A stretch of DNA of 64,000 bases from a virus (Duplodnaviria; Caudoviricetes). A program made the translations under genes and the position numbers. Shown here one piece after another: positions 51,454 to 60,683 of the stretch; the stretch's first letter is position 1; every line of letters starts with the position of its first letter. The notes under the pieces are model-generated. The model saw nothing but the letters and a program-made list of their open reading frames with translations. It had not been told where the DNA came from and did not search any database. Location: IMG/VR virus record IMGVR_UViG_3300009873_000011, positions 6,831-70,830 of that record. One strand, written 5' to 3'.

Positions 51454-52442
51454 TACTCCTCCACCTCGACCACTTCCGCATCTATGGGTCCGCCGGTCGC
51501 CCCGGGACTCTGGTGATAGAGCACCTCATCCGCGGCCTTAGACATCCTAGCTAGAAGGTCTCCTCCCCCTCCCGGCACATTCACCTGCACTCCCTGGTTG
51601 ACGTTCAGCGCCAGCCCGGTCTTCTTAGGTTTGATCTCGGAGATTTCCAGCAGCTCCTTCACCGCCATCGCCTTGTGCTCGGAGGTAGAGAGGGTCTTCC
51701 CGCTCCCCTTGCACCTAGGGCAGCTCTTAGTCAGGCTGGTTCCCTTGGCGACGGCTGTCACCTTCCCAACCCCCAAGCACACTTCGCAGTCCTGCTCCTG
51801 GTCGATAGCATGCCGAGCGAGGTCCCTCACCAGGTGGGGCATCTGGCGATAGATTTCCAGAACGGTTTCTGTCTTCCGAAGGGCGAGCGCGCCTTTTGTG
51901 TAGGCATCCAGCACCCCTGCCACGTCCGCCCCGGCTTCCGCGACGCACCGAGCTAGGGAGAAGTCCTTCCGGAGTTCTAGCAGCCCCGCAACTTTCCTGA
52001 TGGCTTGGTTGGTGGTACCAGAAGCCTCCAGCTTCTCCAAGAGATCCTCCCTGTCCGGACTGATCTCGTTCTCCAGCTTCCTCGCTAGCTGTGCCGCTGA
52101 GCTATTCTGCACCCCGCTCAGGTTCCTCACCACTATCTGCCCCGCCTTCCCCTTCCTGCTTCTTCGAATTATATGGTCCGAAAGGGGAACTGGGAGGTCC
52201 GAGTCGTTCAATCCACGCCGGGTCAATTCCCGGTTCAACGCTCTCCGCGCCTTCAGGTCCAAGCCCAAATCCCCAACTTGCTCCGAAGAGGGGCGGAGGA
52301 CCTTCTCCTCCGGCGGAGGGGCTGACTTCCTGGGTCGGCCACGTCCCCGCTTTACCACTACCGTCCCCTCCGGGGACGGCTGGCCCTGGGACGGTGAAGT
52401 CGTGATGTTCTGGGAGTCCGTAGAGTTTTCTAAGCTCATCAT
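51453..52442 (-). CDS. putative terminase small subunit with AT-hook and CxxCxGxG Zn finger
   Basis: Directly upstream of terL; KRGRGRPRK, CEVCLGVG, CPRCKGSG; start uncertain. Confidence 0.55.
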   Translation of the reverse strand: MMSLENSTDSQNITTSPSQGQPSPEGTVVVKRGRGRPRKSAPPPEEKVLRPSSEQVGDLGLDLKARRALNRELTRRGLNDSDLPVPLSDHIIRRSRKGKAGQIVVRNLSGVQNSSAAQLARKLENEISPDREDLLEKLEASGTTNQAIRKVAGLLELRKDFSLARCVAEAGADVAGVLDAYTKGALALRKTETVLEIYRQMPHLVRDLARHAIDQEQDCEVCLGVGKVTAVAKGTSLTKSCPRCKGSGKTLSTSEHKAMAVKELLEISEIKPKKTGLALNVNQGVQVNVPGGGGDLLARMSKAADEVLYHQSPGATGGPIDAEVVEVEE

Positions 52443-52854
52443 GTAATTCCTTCGCCGCTAGCTCCTCTTCATCAGTTAGGAGAACCTCTCCTACCTCTTG
52501 TCCAGTGCTCGTGGACACGCCCCTAGAGTGGAGATCCAAGGCATAGAGGTTGGCTAGGGCCTCCAAGCTGGATGCGATCCGCTCTAGTGGGTCCGCTTTT
52601 TTCGGTTTAGTCCAAAAAGCCACTTTCCCTCCTAAGTATCGTAGAAGAAAGGGGGTTAGCGCCGGGAGAGGACAGGAGGAGGAGAGGAGGAGCCCGCCCA
52701 AACCCCCGGCAGAAAAGAGTTTAAACCCCCTTGGTCCCAAAGTCAAGGGCTTAGTTTTCAGGTTGGTGACTTGACTTTCTTCAGGTAGTGTTTCCAGAGG
52801 TGGCTGAAGACGGGAAGTGAGGAGATTTAAAGGGTTTATGGGGAGAAATTTCAC
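52102..52854 (-). CDS. hypothetical protein (true start probably downstream)
   Basis: LERIASSLEALA helix; overlaps the terS-like ORF by about 340 nt. Confidence 0.45.
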   Translation of the reverse strand: MKFLPINPLNLLTSRLQPPLETLPEESQVTNLKTKPLTLGPRGFKLFSAGGLGGLLLSSSCPLPALTPFLLRYLGGKVAFWTKPKKADPLERIASSLEALANLYALDLHSRGVSTSTGQEVGEVLLTDEEELAAKELHDELRKLYGLPEHHDFTVPGPAVPGGDGSGKAGTWPTQEVSPSAGGEGPPPLFGASWGFGLGPEGAESVEPGIDPAWIERLGPPSSPFGPYNSKKQEGEGGADSGEEPERGAE

Positions 52855-53516
52855 TTTTTCAGCCTCTATAAAGAATATAGGTGGTGAGCTGAAGAAGAAA
52901 GACCTTTAATTTCCTGACTTCTAGCTTCCTGCTCCCTGGAGACTCGGGGGCTTGGTAGCCCCCGAAAGGATGTCTCCGGACGGTCGCTCCCGCTTTCCAC
53001 CCTGGAGACTCCCTTTTAAATGCCCCCTGGGCCGCATACGCGCCCGTTGGCGCGTATGGCGTGGGTGGGTGGGCCGCCTGCCCCGACCGGAGAGGTTTAG
53101 AGGGCTGAAAATGCCCAGAATTAAATGGAAAGGGTGCTTGACACGCAAAAAATGCGCTTTGAACCTGGTGGATCCCGCCCCTTTAAAGATTGGAAACAAA
53201 AAATTTGGAAAAAATTTGTAGCCGTAGGAGGCCCACCCCCTACCCCTCCCAAGGCTGGCTGCCTTCGGACAACCTGAGCCACTTGTATGCAAACTTTGCG
53301 CGCATTATATTCAGGGGGTTAAACACTTGATTCTGCGGGGGTTAGCTTGGCGGGAGTCTTGCAAGTTGCAAGTTCCCTGCCGTTACTTAAAGTAACGTCT
53401 GCCACCCCCGGGGGTGTCGGATTCCCCAGCATAGGGTGAAGGGAGGGAAGCTTAGGAGCACCTAGGCTCCCCGGCTCTCCCCTCAAAGTTGCCCGTCTAA
53501 ACAAGGAGCTTTAACG

Positions 53517-53675
53517 ATGGATCTGATCATGTTTCGCCTTGCAGCGCAGCACATCGCCTATATCATGACGAAGCACGGAGAGGCGGTCGCGCGCGCGTGG
53601 TTCGTGGACGTGATGACGGGCGACCAGTTCTCGGACGAGTATCGCGCGGCCGTGGCTACCGCGTTCGGGATGTAA
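53517..53675 (+). CDS. early hypothetical protein (not in ORF track)
   Basis: AAGGAG RBS; 52 aa. Confidence 0.55.
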   Translation: MDLIMFRLAAQHIAYIMTKHGEAVARAWFVDVMTGDQFSDEYRAAVATAFGM

Positions 53676-53815
53676 TGCGCCGCACCCCGAAGCACCTCAT
53701 CCCGAAGCGTTCCGGGCAGCAGCAGCTACTCGATGAGAGGAAAGCAGCGACCATTCGAGTCTACGTCGTGCCTGTCGGTGGCGGTCGTTGGTTCCGGATC
53801 ATCCCGAGCAAGTAG
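53675..53815 (+). CDS. early hypothetical protein
   Basis: TAATG overlap. Confidence 0.45.
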   Translation: MRRTPKHLIPKRSGQQQLLDERKAATIRVYVVPVGGGRWFRIIPSK

Positions 53816-53954
53816 GCTCCGGATAGGGCTAGGCTTCCGAGCCTAGCCCCTTCCAGAGTTGACTTGTTAAACGAGCAACTCTAACCAAGCAGACCTGAGG
53901 ATAGCGGGAATTTCCCCGCGCCCCCGTCAGGAAAGCTAAGGAGACTGGACCAAA

Positions 53955-54788
53955 ATGTCCAAGAAGAACACGACCGAGGAGCCGAAGCACCCCGAGACGC
54001 AGGATCTCGCCGGACTCGACCGCTCGAAGCCTGTGGCCGCTCGCATCACCACGTGGCTGCTGACGGTCCTGCCCGCCGAGATCCGCCCCAAGGTCGAAGC
54101 GGCTTTCGCCGCTCTGTTCGCCGAGCAGCGGGGATTCGTTCGCAGCGGCAACCGCACGGCGTACAACCTCGATCAGCTGGCCTTCACCTCGTCCAAGATT
54201 GAGCCGACGGCCGATGGCCCTGTCTACGTGACGAGCACCATGAAGGGTCGGAGACCCGAAGACACGGTCTTCGCCTACCTCTTCGACCACGTGAGCACCT
54301 ACGTCTTCCCGCCGACGCCGCGCGGTGACTCCACCCCGGAGAAGCCCAAGTTCCAGCGCCACGTCAAGGCCCGGACGGCGTGGGTTGCCTCTCTCGGCTT
54401 CAGCAAGGCCGAGGTGGGCAAGGGTAGCCGCAACACCCTGAGTCTGGAGATCCCGGGAACCAAGGAACTGCTCGCCGCCGTGGCGGCGCTCACCCCCGAG
54501 GTTTTCGAGGGCACCGAGAAGCCCAAGCCCGCGAGCAAGGCGTTCATCAAGATCGTTCTCCCGGCCGCCCTCGGCTCCATCGAAGCGCGGGTGAGCGTGT
54601 ACGACCCCGAGCACCCGAGCGTCACCGAGGCGCTGTTCAAGGAGGATCTGGAGAAGGTCTCCATCCTCCTCTCGAACGGCGCGAGCATCCCCGAGAAGGA
54701 TGGCGTGCTGGGCCGCATGGAGGCGCTCTACTTCACGGCCTACACCGCGCAGCGCGCGGCGCAGCAGGCTCAGACGGTCGCGGCGTAA
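53955..54788 (+). CDS. early hypothetical protein
   Basis: AGGGAG RBS; strong C/G third-position bias; followed by a terminator. Confidence 0.7.
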   Translation: MSKKNTTEEPKHPETQDLAGLDRSKPVAARITTWLLTVLPAEIRPKVEAAFAALFAEQRGFVRSGNRTAYNLDQLAFTSSKIEPTADGPVYVTSTMKGRRPEDTVFAYLFDHVSTYVFPPTPRGDSTPEKPKFQRHVKARTAWVASLGFSKAEVGKGSRNTLSLEIPGTKELLAAVAALTPEVFEGTEKPKPASKAFIKIVLPAALGSIEARVSVYDPEHPSVTEALFKEDLEKVSILLSNGASIPEKDGVLGRMEALYFTAYTAQRAAQQAQTVAA

Positions 54789-54830
54789 AACCGACAGCGC
54801 GCCTAGTCAAAGACTAGGCCGGTCTGCCCA

Positions 54831-54872
54831 GCGGTTCGGGGGGCGCAAGCCCCCCGGCCGCTTTTTCTTTTT
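54831..54872 (+). terminator. intrinsic terminator
   Basis: GC stem with GCAA loop followed by TTTTTCTTTTT. Confidence 0.8.
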
Positions 54873-54943
54873 GCCTGAGCTAGCGAACATGGACCCAAAC
54901 ATGGCTTGCTAGTTGAGTCAAGAAGAAAGGAGGGAAACTTGCT

Positions 54944-55147
54944 ATGCTGAAAGTGAAAGTTCTCAGAGCCGATGGGAGCGAGGAGCTTTTCTACGCTTCC
55001 ACCGTGGAAGTCCAACATGGAGTGATCTCCTTCGACACTCCGAGCGGACTCCGAGCGTTCGAGCAGTCCGAGGAGCAGCACATCGAGGTGAAGTTCGGGG
55101 AGCCAGCACTTCTCCGGAAGCCTACGCACAACGCGTGTAAAGAGTAG
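54944..55147 (+). CDS. hypothetical protein
   Basis: GGAGG RBS. Confidence 0.55.
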   Translation: MLKVKVLRADGSEELFYASTVEVQHGVISFDTPSGLRAFEQSEEQHIEVKFGEPALLRKPTHNACKE

Positions 55148-55159
55148 AAAGGAGCGAAC

Positions 55160-55609
55160 ATGAAGCCACACTACCGAACCCTAGCAGGCGTCGCGCTTGC
55201 CGGGAGTGTACTCGGTAGTGCCGCAGCATGGACAGACCTTTACTTTTCGGCACTACCAGCTACCAAGGAGTGGAGGAGAAGTAGCCTCTTTAATCCTCCA
55301 ACTCTGGTGGTCCCGTTGGGACCACCTGAGCATGTCGAGGCTACCGCCTACTGCGGCTGCCCGGTCTGCTGTGGGAAGTGGAGTGACGGATTCACCGCTT
55401 CCGGCTCTCCCGCTACCGAGGGCTTTACCCTCGCAGCGGACACCACCGTTTTCCCATTCGGCACCTGCTTGGCTATCGCCGGCGTGGGAGAGCGTGTAGT
55501 CGAGGACACGGGCAGCGCCATCAAGGGAAACAAGGTGGATGTCTACTTTGAGTCCCATGAGGAAGCGAAGGCTTTTGGAAGAAAGCTCTTGGAGGTGACA
55601 CCGTGCTGA
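55160..55609 (+). CDS. 3D-domain (MltA-like) cell wall hydrolase
   Basis: ATAYC, TASG, LAAD..VFPFGT, VEDTGSAIKGNKVDVY. Confidence 0.88.
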   Translation: MKPHYRTLAGVALAGSVLGSAAAWTDLYFSALPATKEWRRSSLFNPPTLVVPLGPPEHVEATAYCGCPVCCGKWSDGFTASGSPATEGFTLAADTTVFPFGTCLAIAGVGERVVEDTGSAIKGNKVDVYFESHEEAKAFGRKLLEVTPC

Positions 55610-55691
55610 ACCCCAACACTCCTCCCGCTTGGCTAGGGAAGGTGAGGTACTACCCCGCCGAGCCGAAGACTCATGAGAGGAACGTGCTGAT

Positions 55692-55847
55692 ATGGCTAAG
55701 CAAGAAGCTGGGCCGGATCGTGCGGTCGTTGCGGTCTTCGTTCTGATTGGCTTGATCCTGCTGCAAGGGATCTTCCATCGCGCGTTCTTCTGCACCAACC
55801 CCGAGGAGCACCACTACGAGAGCCAGAGCGCAGGGGATCGGTTCTAA
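55692..55847 (+). CDS. small membrane protein (not in ORF track)
   Basis: GAGG RBS; one TM helix. Confidence 0.4.
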   Translation: MAKQEAGPDRAVVAVFVLIGLILLQGIFHRAFFCTNPEEHHYESQSAGDRF

Positions 55848-55868
55848 AAGCTCGAAAGCAAAAAGAAG

Positions 55869-55894
55869 GAGCGGCCCTAGGCCGCTCTTTTTTT
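55869..55894 (+). terminator. intrinsic terminator
   Basis: GAGCGGCC/GGCCGCTC followed by T7. Confidence 0.8.
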
Positions 55895-55940
55895 GTGCCC
55901 TCGATCTAGGCACCCTGCCGTGCAGAAGTAAACCCTTTAA

Positions 55941-56207
55941 ATGGAGAACTTTATGGACATCGACCCGACCATTCAGAAGAACCTCACCCGCTGGAACATG
56001 GAGCAAGCGAGGAAGAAGGAGAAGCGGGAGCGCACCCGGGTGGAGGCCATCACCTCCCTAGCCAAGGAGCTGAACCGCCCCCCGAAGGAGCACGAGATCC
56101 GCACCAAGGTGAGCTTTTTGCTCGCGGAGCGGCGCGCCAAGTGGATGCTGAAGAACTGCCGGGCCACCATCGGAGAGATCGTGAAGGCTCATGGGGGGAG
56201 CAAGTAG
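55941..56207 (+). CDS. hypothetical protein
   Basis: ORF with GC third-position bias. Confidence 0.55.
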   Translation: MENFMDIDPTIQKNLTRWNMEQARKKEKRERTRVEAITSLAKELNRPPKEHEIRTKVSFLLAERRAKWMLKNCRATIGEIVKAHGGSK

Positions 56208-56547
56208 CCCCATGCCGAGTGACAAGAAGCGGGAAGAAGAAGAAACCCTTTTCCTCGTCTCCGCCCTAGCCTCCTCAGCGCATGAAAACGGGGAGTACGT
56301 GTTTCTCTACTCTCCTGAGAAGGGGAGGGATGTCCCGAGGCTCTGGAGCTACTGGGTGGAGCTGGCCCAGACCTTCACGGAAACTCACTACCCCTCCTTC
56401 TTCGTGGACGACTACATCGGGTTGGTGGACCAGCTGGTCAAAAGCACTCGGGAGCACGTGGAGGAGAAGGGCTACCTCCCCACTTTCGACGAGCAAGTGG
56501 TGATCTGCCTCTCCGCTGTGGACCAAGACCGGGAGGTGGGGGCATGA
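56191..56547 (+). CDS. hypothetical protein
   Basis: Overlapping operon member. Confidence 0.5.
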   Translation: MGGASSPMPSDKKREEEETLFLVSALASSAHENGEYVFLYSPEKGRDVPRLWSYWVELAQTFTETHYPSFFVDDYIGLVDQLVKSTREHVEEKGYLPTFDEQVVICLSAVDQDREVGA

Positions 56548-56684
56548 ACCGGCTAAAGGCCCTCCTCCTCGAATGGCTTAGTGCCATTCCCGAAGCGGAG
56601 CAGTTCGTGAGCCAAGACACGCTACGCTATTGGCTCCGGAAGGAAAGGCAAGCAATCCTTGATGGAAAGGGGAAGGTTGAGTGA

Positions 56685-56933
56685 ATGAGAACACTTAAGC
56701 CTAAGGGCACGAGCTACGTCTACCCTGCGGGGCTCTCCGCCCAGTGCTCCGGCCTTGAGATCAAAGACCGAGAAGGCTCGAAGGAGAAGGAAGCGAAGAA
56801 GGGACTGAAGGGCTTTTTCACCACCGGGGTGGGCTTCTTCGCCTCCCAGCATGAGGCGGTCCAACGTGCCACCACCATGGTGGCACTCAAGGCGTACCAG
56901 CTGAGGCTCTTCCGAGCGGGGCTGATCGTCTAG
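56685..56933 (+). CDS. hypothetical protein
   Basis: RBS present; followed by a hairpin. Confidence 0.5.
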   Translation: MRTLKPKGTSYVYPAGLSAQCSGLEIKDREGSKEKEAKKGLKGFFTTGVGFFASQHEAVQRATTMVALKAYQLRLFRAGLIV

Positions 56934-57076
56934 CGCGGAGCGTCTAGCCAGAAACGCGGAGCTTGCTCCGCGTTGCGGGTTTAAACCTTCAACTTTCCTC
57001 TGAACCCGCCTGATGAAGGCAGAGGAAGCAAGACGTCTTGACCGAGCGCCCGCGGCGCTCGTGGAAAGGGAAAGAA

Positions 57077-58177
57077 ATGCATCTCAAGAAGTTTCTGAGC
57101 GGGCTGATGCTCGCCGTCCTCGTGGCGTGTGGGGGAGACAACCTGACGACCACCAACGAGCCCGTGAATGAGGCTCCGGCCCCTGCGCCTGTGGCGGCTG
57201 CGACTCCCACTCCCCAGCCGGTGAACGATCCACCTACCGCCCCCCAGCACGACGCGAAGGTGAAGGGTGGCTTCTACTCCGTCACCAACACGACGGGGAT
57301 CCCGCAGTTCTACTGCGCGGCGGCTTTCGGCGTTCTCCCCGGTGGTGAGCAGGGGGCGGGGACGAACCTCTACGAGGATCAGGGGATTCGCCAGAACAAG
57401 GACACCTTCTCTGGTCAGGCACCGAAGACCGCAGCGTGTCAGTACAAGCAGATTCAGGTGGACCTCACGCAGGAGAAGGACTGCCGCAACTTCAACTGGA
57501 ACAACGTGCTGGCGGCGGAGGTCTACGACAACCCCGGGTTCATCGAGAGCAGCAAGAAGGTTCTCGTGAACGAGTCCGAGGCGGGAAACTGGAGCGAGTA
57601 CACTCCTTGGAGCGAGTACAGCCCCTACTCCGAGTACGGTCCTTGGAGCGCCTGGAGCCAGCAGGACTGCGGTGAGCGCACGCGCACCCGCACCAAGACG
57701 CGCACGCGGACGCGCTCGCGGGACCTCTTCAAGGTGGAGAAGTTCGAGTGCTCTGGCGAGATCGTCAAGACCAAGCTGAGAACCGAGACGGAGACGCAGA
57801 CGGACACCTACACCGACACGCAGAAGGAGACGAAGGACTGCTACGTTCCCACCTGTGAGGACCTGAACCCGCCCAACTTCTTGGTTCAGAGTGTCGAGAT
57901 CTCGTGGGACACCACGGGTTCTGACAAGAACGGCATCAACTCTATGAACGTCAACGTGAGGTTCTTCAACGCAGGCCACTGGGAGCTGATTCTGGAAGCC
58001 CGAGCACACTCGAACGACAACTGGACACTTAAGGACTACACCGACAAGACCCTTGAGTGCGGCAGGCAGAACGACAAGACCGTTCACGAAGAGCAGCACG
58101 ACTGGAACCGTTGGCGTTTCCGCATCAAGCGTAACGGTGTGACTGTCTTCACTTCGCAGGAATACGTGCATCCGTAA
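57077..58177 (+). CDS. lipoprotein with thrombospondin-like WSxWS / RxRxR segment
   Basis: Lipobox LVAC; WSEYTPWSEYSPYSEYGPWSAWSQQDCGERTRTRT. Confidence 0.7.
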   Translation: MHLKKFLSGLMLAVLVACGGDNLTTTNEPVNEAPAPAPVAAATPTPQPVNDPPTAPQHDAKVKGGFYSVTNTTGIPQFYCAAAFGVLPGGEQGAGTNLYEDQGIRQNKDTFSGQAPKTAACQYKQIQVDLTQEKDCRNFNWNNVLAAEVYDNPGFIESSKKVLVNESEAGNWSEYTPWSEYSPYSEYGPWSAWSQQDCGERTRTRTKTRTRTRSRDLFKVEKFECSGEIVKTKLRTETETQTDTYTDTQKETKDCYVPTCEDLNPPNFLVQSVEISWDTTGSDKNGINSMNVNVRFFNAGHWELILEARAHSNDNWTLKDYTDKTLECGRQNDKTVHEEQHDWNRWRFRIKRNGVTVFTSQEYVHP

Positions 58178-58273
58178 CTAAGTGAAAGGGGCCCCCTCGC
58201 CCCTTAGTGGAGGATAGCCTCTCCACTCTGACGATCAGGCTCGCACGCGAAGCGTGCGGAAAGGAAGAAAAAC

Positions 58274-58447
58274 ATGAACCTCAAACGCATAGCTCTGGCA
58301 GTACTGGGTCTGGTGGGGCTGGTGTTGTTCAATGGGATGCTGGCTAGGCTAGTTTCTCCTGAACTTCGTCCCCTCATCACTCTTTGGTCCTTTGTTTCTA
58401 GTTTTGTCTATGGCCTCCTAGCGACATGTTGGGCAGCCCTGGACTAA
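58274..58447 (+). CDS. small two-TM protein (not in ORF track)
   Basis: AAGGA RBS; hydrophobic. Confidence 0.5.
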   Translation: MNLKRIALAVLGLVGLVLFNGMLARLVSPELRPLITLWSFVSSFVYGLLATCWAALD

Positions 58448-58459
58448 AGGAGAACTAGA

Positions 58460-58963
58460 ATGTCTCTTCTTCTTTCCTCTCTTTCGAGGAGGCAAGTCGC
58501 CTTGTCAAATACTTTGCAGTCCACTCCGTCCAAGCCGAACTCCGTAAAGTTGAGTGGAGCGACGAAGGAAGTGATCCGAGGGCATCTTAGGGAAGTCATC
58601 CTGGTTCTTAGCGAGGAACGAGAGCTTCAGAAGTACCTCGACCTCGCGTTGGATGGCTTGGGGGGCTACTGCCAGCACGTTCCCCAGGAGGATGTGGACC
58701 GGGTGAAGCGGGAAGCGGTCAAGCTGCTCTACTTCTCCCGCTCAACCGGCTGGGGTCCTGAGCAGACCACCACTGCTCTGGTGGAACTGACCGATGGCTT
58801 CGCTACCATCTACAACTCCGAGGACACCACCGGACATGGTTGCCAGTGTGCGGGAGACATCGGCTTCTACAAGACCCGGGACGAGGCGGAGCGGCTCGGC
58901 TTGCAGGAAAGTGACCGTGACGCCATCGCGGATGGGAAGTTCTTTTCGGAGAGGGAGTACTAA
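58460..58963 (+). CDS. hypothetical protein
   Basis: AAGGAG RBS. Confidence 0.6.
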   Translation: MSLLLSSLSRRQVALSNTLQSTPSKPNSVKLSGATKEVIRGHLREVILVLSEERELQKYLDLALDGLGGYCQHVPQEDVDRVKREAVKLLYFSRSTGWGPEQTTTALVELTDGFATIYNSEDTTGHGCQCAGDIGFYKTRDEAERLGLQESDRDAIADGKFFSEREY

Positions 58964-59164
58964 ATGGACCCGAACCTTACCCGACTTCTCGACTCCACCC
59001 ACACCTTCGTCCAGCTTCTCACCATCTGGCTGCTCTTCCGCCTCTTCGACGGAGCCCTCGCTCTTTTCCTTTCCATCAGGAGCTACTTCAAGGCGAGGGA
59101 AGCGGGGAATGCCCTGGTGAAGTTGCTGAACGACTATGCTCCCCCGAAGTCTCCGAAGGACTAG
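58964..59164 (+). CDS. small membrane protein
   Basis: One TM helix; abuts the upstream stop. Confidence 0.55.
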   Translation: MDPNLTRLLDSTHTFVQLLTIWLLFRLFDGALALFLSIRSYFKAREAGNALVKLLNDYAPPKSPKD

Positions 59165-59567
59165 CCTTTCCCTTTCCCTTTCCCTCCTTTTCCTCCCTTC
59201 CTGTAGTTCCCCCACTTCCCCTGACACATGGACTCTCAAGTTCACCGGAGTGAGTGTCTCCTCCGAGGATCAAGCTTGGGCGCATGAGGAGTTCCTCATC
59301 CAAGCGAACTGTGTCAAACCACACCGAACCCTTCTAGGCGAGTTAGAGATCGAGACCATGAAAGGTCCCTTCTACTGCGGCTCCATTCTTGCCAATGGTT
59401 GCCAAATGCCTGGGAAGCTTCAGGTGCGCGTTCAGGTGTGGCGTCCTGCTGTCAGCCACGAGCTGATCCATCACTTCGAGATGCTAGATGGTCATGCGCC
59501 GGATCCTACACATGTTTCTCCCGTCTGGAAGCAATGTGATCGGCTTAATTGGCCAGGAGGTAACTAA
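59136..59567 (+). CDS. putative lipoprotein with zincin motif
   Basis: LLFLPSC; SHELIHH. Confidence 0.55.
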   Translation: MLPRSLRRTSLSLSLSLLFLPSCSSPTSPDTWTLKFTGVSVSSEDQAWAHEEFLIQANCVKPHRTLLGELEIETMKGPFYCGSILANGCQMPGKLQVRVQVWRPAVSHELIHHFEMLDGHAPDPTHVSPVWKQCDRLNWPGGN

Positions 59568-59794
59568 TGAGCCTGAATCTGGACGAGGCCGAGAAGCTGG
59601 CGCGGAACCTGGTTCCCTCAAGTTCGGCATGCTTGCAAGCCACGAAGGACTTCCTCGCCCTCGCCGCGCTCTACCGGGAGGCGGTCGAGGCGCTGCAAGC
59701 CATGCTGGACGATTGCAATACGGGGGCCTATTCGGATCGTAACGCTCGTCATGCACGCCGCGTGCTCGCCAAGGCCCACGAGGTGCTCAAGTGA
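59567..59794 (+). CDS. hypothetical protein
   Basis: AGGAGG RBS; TAATG overlap. Confidence 0.55.
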   Translation: MSLNLDEAEKLARNLVPSSSACLQATKDFLALAALYREAVEALQAMLDDCNTGAYSDRNARHARRVLAKAHEVLK

Positions 59795-60366
59795 GCGAGC
59801 CCGACGTGGAGCAGGCCAAGGCTGCCGCGAGCCGAGTGGACGATTGGGACGGGGCTGACCATTACGAGGACTGTCCGGCGCTGCAGCACATCTACGCGGA
59901 GTGCGGTTGCGGCGACACAGACCCGGAACAGGACGCGTGCGCCGCGCTTTCGGAGAGCCAGTGCGATTGCTACCTCGGCGCGATGCGCGAGTGCCGAACG
60001 GCCATCCGCGCCCTGCTCGCCTCCCACGAGCGCCTGCGCCGAAAGCTTCCGTGCGGTCACCCCGCCAGCCTGGACGACAGCTACGGCGGGTGCGTCCTGT
60101 GCCTCACGTTGCAGAGCCACGCCGAGGGCGAGGTGTATGAGGACCGGTTAGAGGCCGAGGTCGAGCGCCTGCGCCAGCTTCTCGCACGAGTCCACGAAGC
60201 CATCGGCGAGGCTCCAGAGAGCGCCGACGACTCGCTGCCGGATGTCGTGACCAAGATCATTCGTGAGCTGCGCCAGCGCGTTGCGGAACTGGAGGGCTTG
60301 GGCGTGGAGGACTACTCCCATCCAGAGCCGCCGAGCCTGCCATCAATCAAGAGGCTTCGCCGATGA
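59791..60366 (+). CDS. hypothetical Cys-containing coiled-coil protein
   Basis: GTGA overlap; LPCGHP, CVLC. Confidence 0.55.
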   Translation: MSEPDVEQAKAAASRVDDWDGADHYEDCPALQHIYAECGCGDTDPEQDACAALSESQCDCYLGAMRECRTAIRALLASHERLRRKLPCGHPASLDDSYGGCVLCLTLQSHAEGEVYEDRLEAEVERLRQLLARVHEAIGEAPESADDSLPDVVTKIIRELRQRVAELEGLGVEDYSHPEPPSLPSIKRLRR

Positions 60367-60407
60367 CCACCGACACCGGCCGCTTGTAGAAAGGAGTAAC
60401 CCATGTC

Positions 60408-60683
60408 ATGACCGAAAAACTACATCAACTCCCTCTCCCCGAACTCAACTCCCTGCGTGGGGAGTTGGGGATTCTCCAATGGGGAGAATCAAAGCTTCAG
60501 CTGACCCTTAAGAAGCTTTGTCGAAAGCAAACCTACCCATGGCTCACTCTCTTGAGTGAAAGTGAAGAGCGGGAGGAAATCCTTGCGAAGATGGATTCCA
60601 CCTTGGAGTTTGCTATCCGGAGGCACAAAGCCGTCGAAGCAGCCAAGCGAGACCCCTATCCAGACATCTATGACTTTGACTGA
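60408..60683 (+). CDS. hypothetical protein
   Basis: AAGGAG RBS nearby. Confidence 0.5.
   Translation: MTEKLHQLPLPELNSLRGELGILQWGESKLQLTLKKLCRKQTYPWLTLLSESEEREEILAKMDSTLEFAIRRHKAVEAAKRDPYPDIYDFD

Noticed and set aside
56981-58171. 396-aa minus-strand ORF (also 53829-54614 and 43139-43843)
   Set aside because: Antisense shadows of GC3-biased real genes; no RBS or motifs
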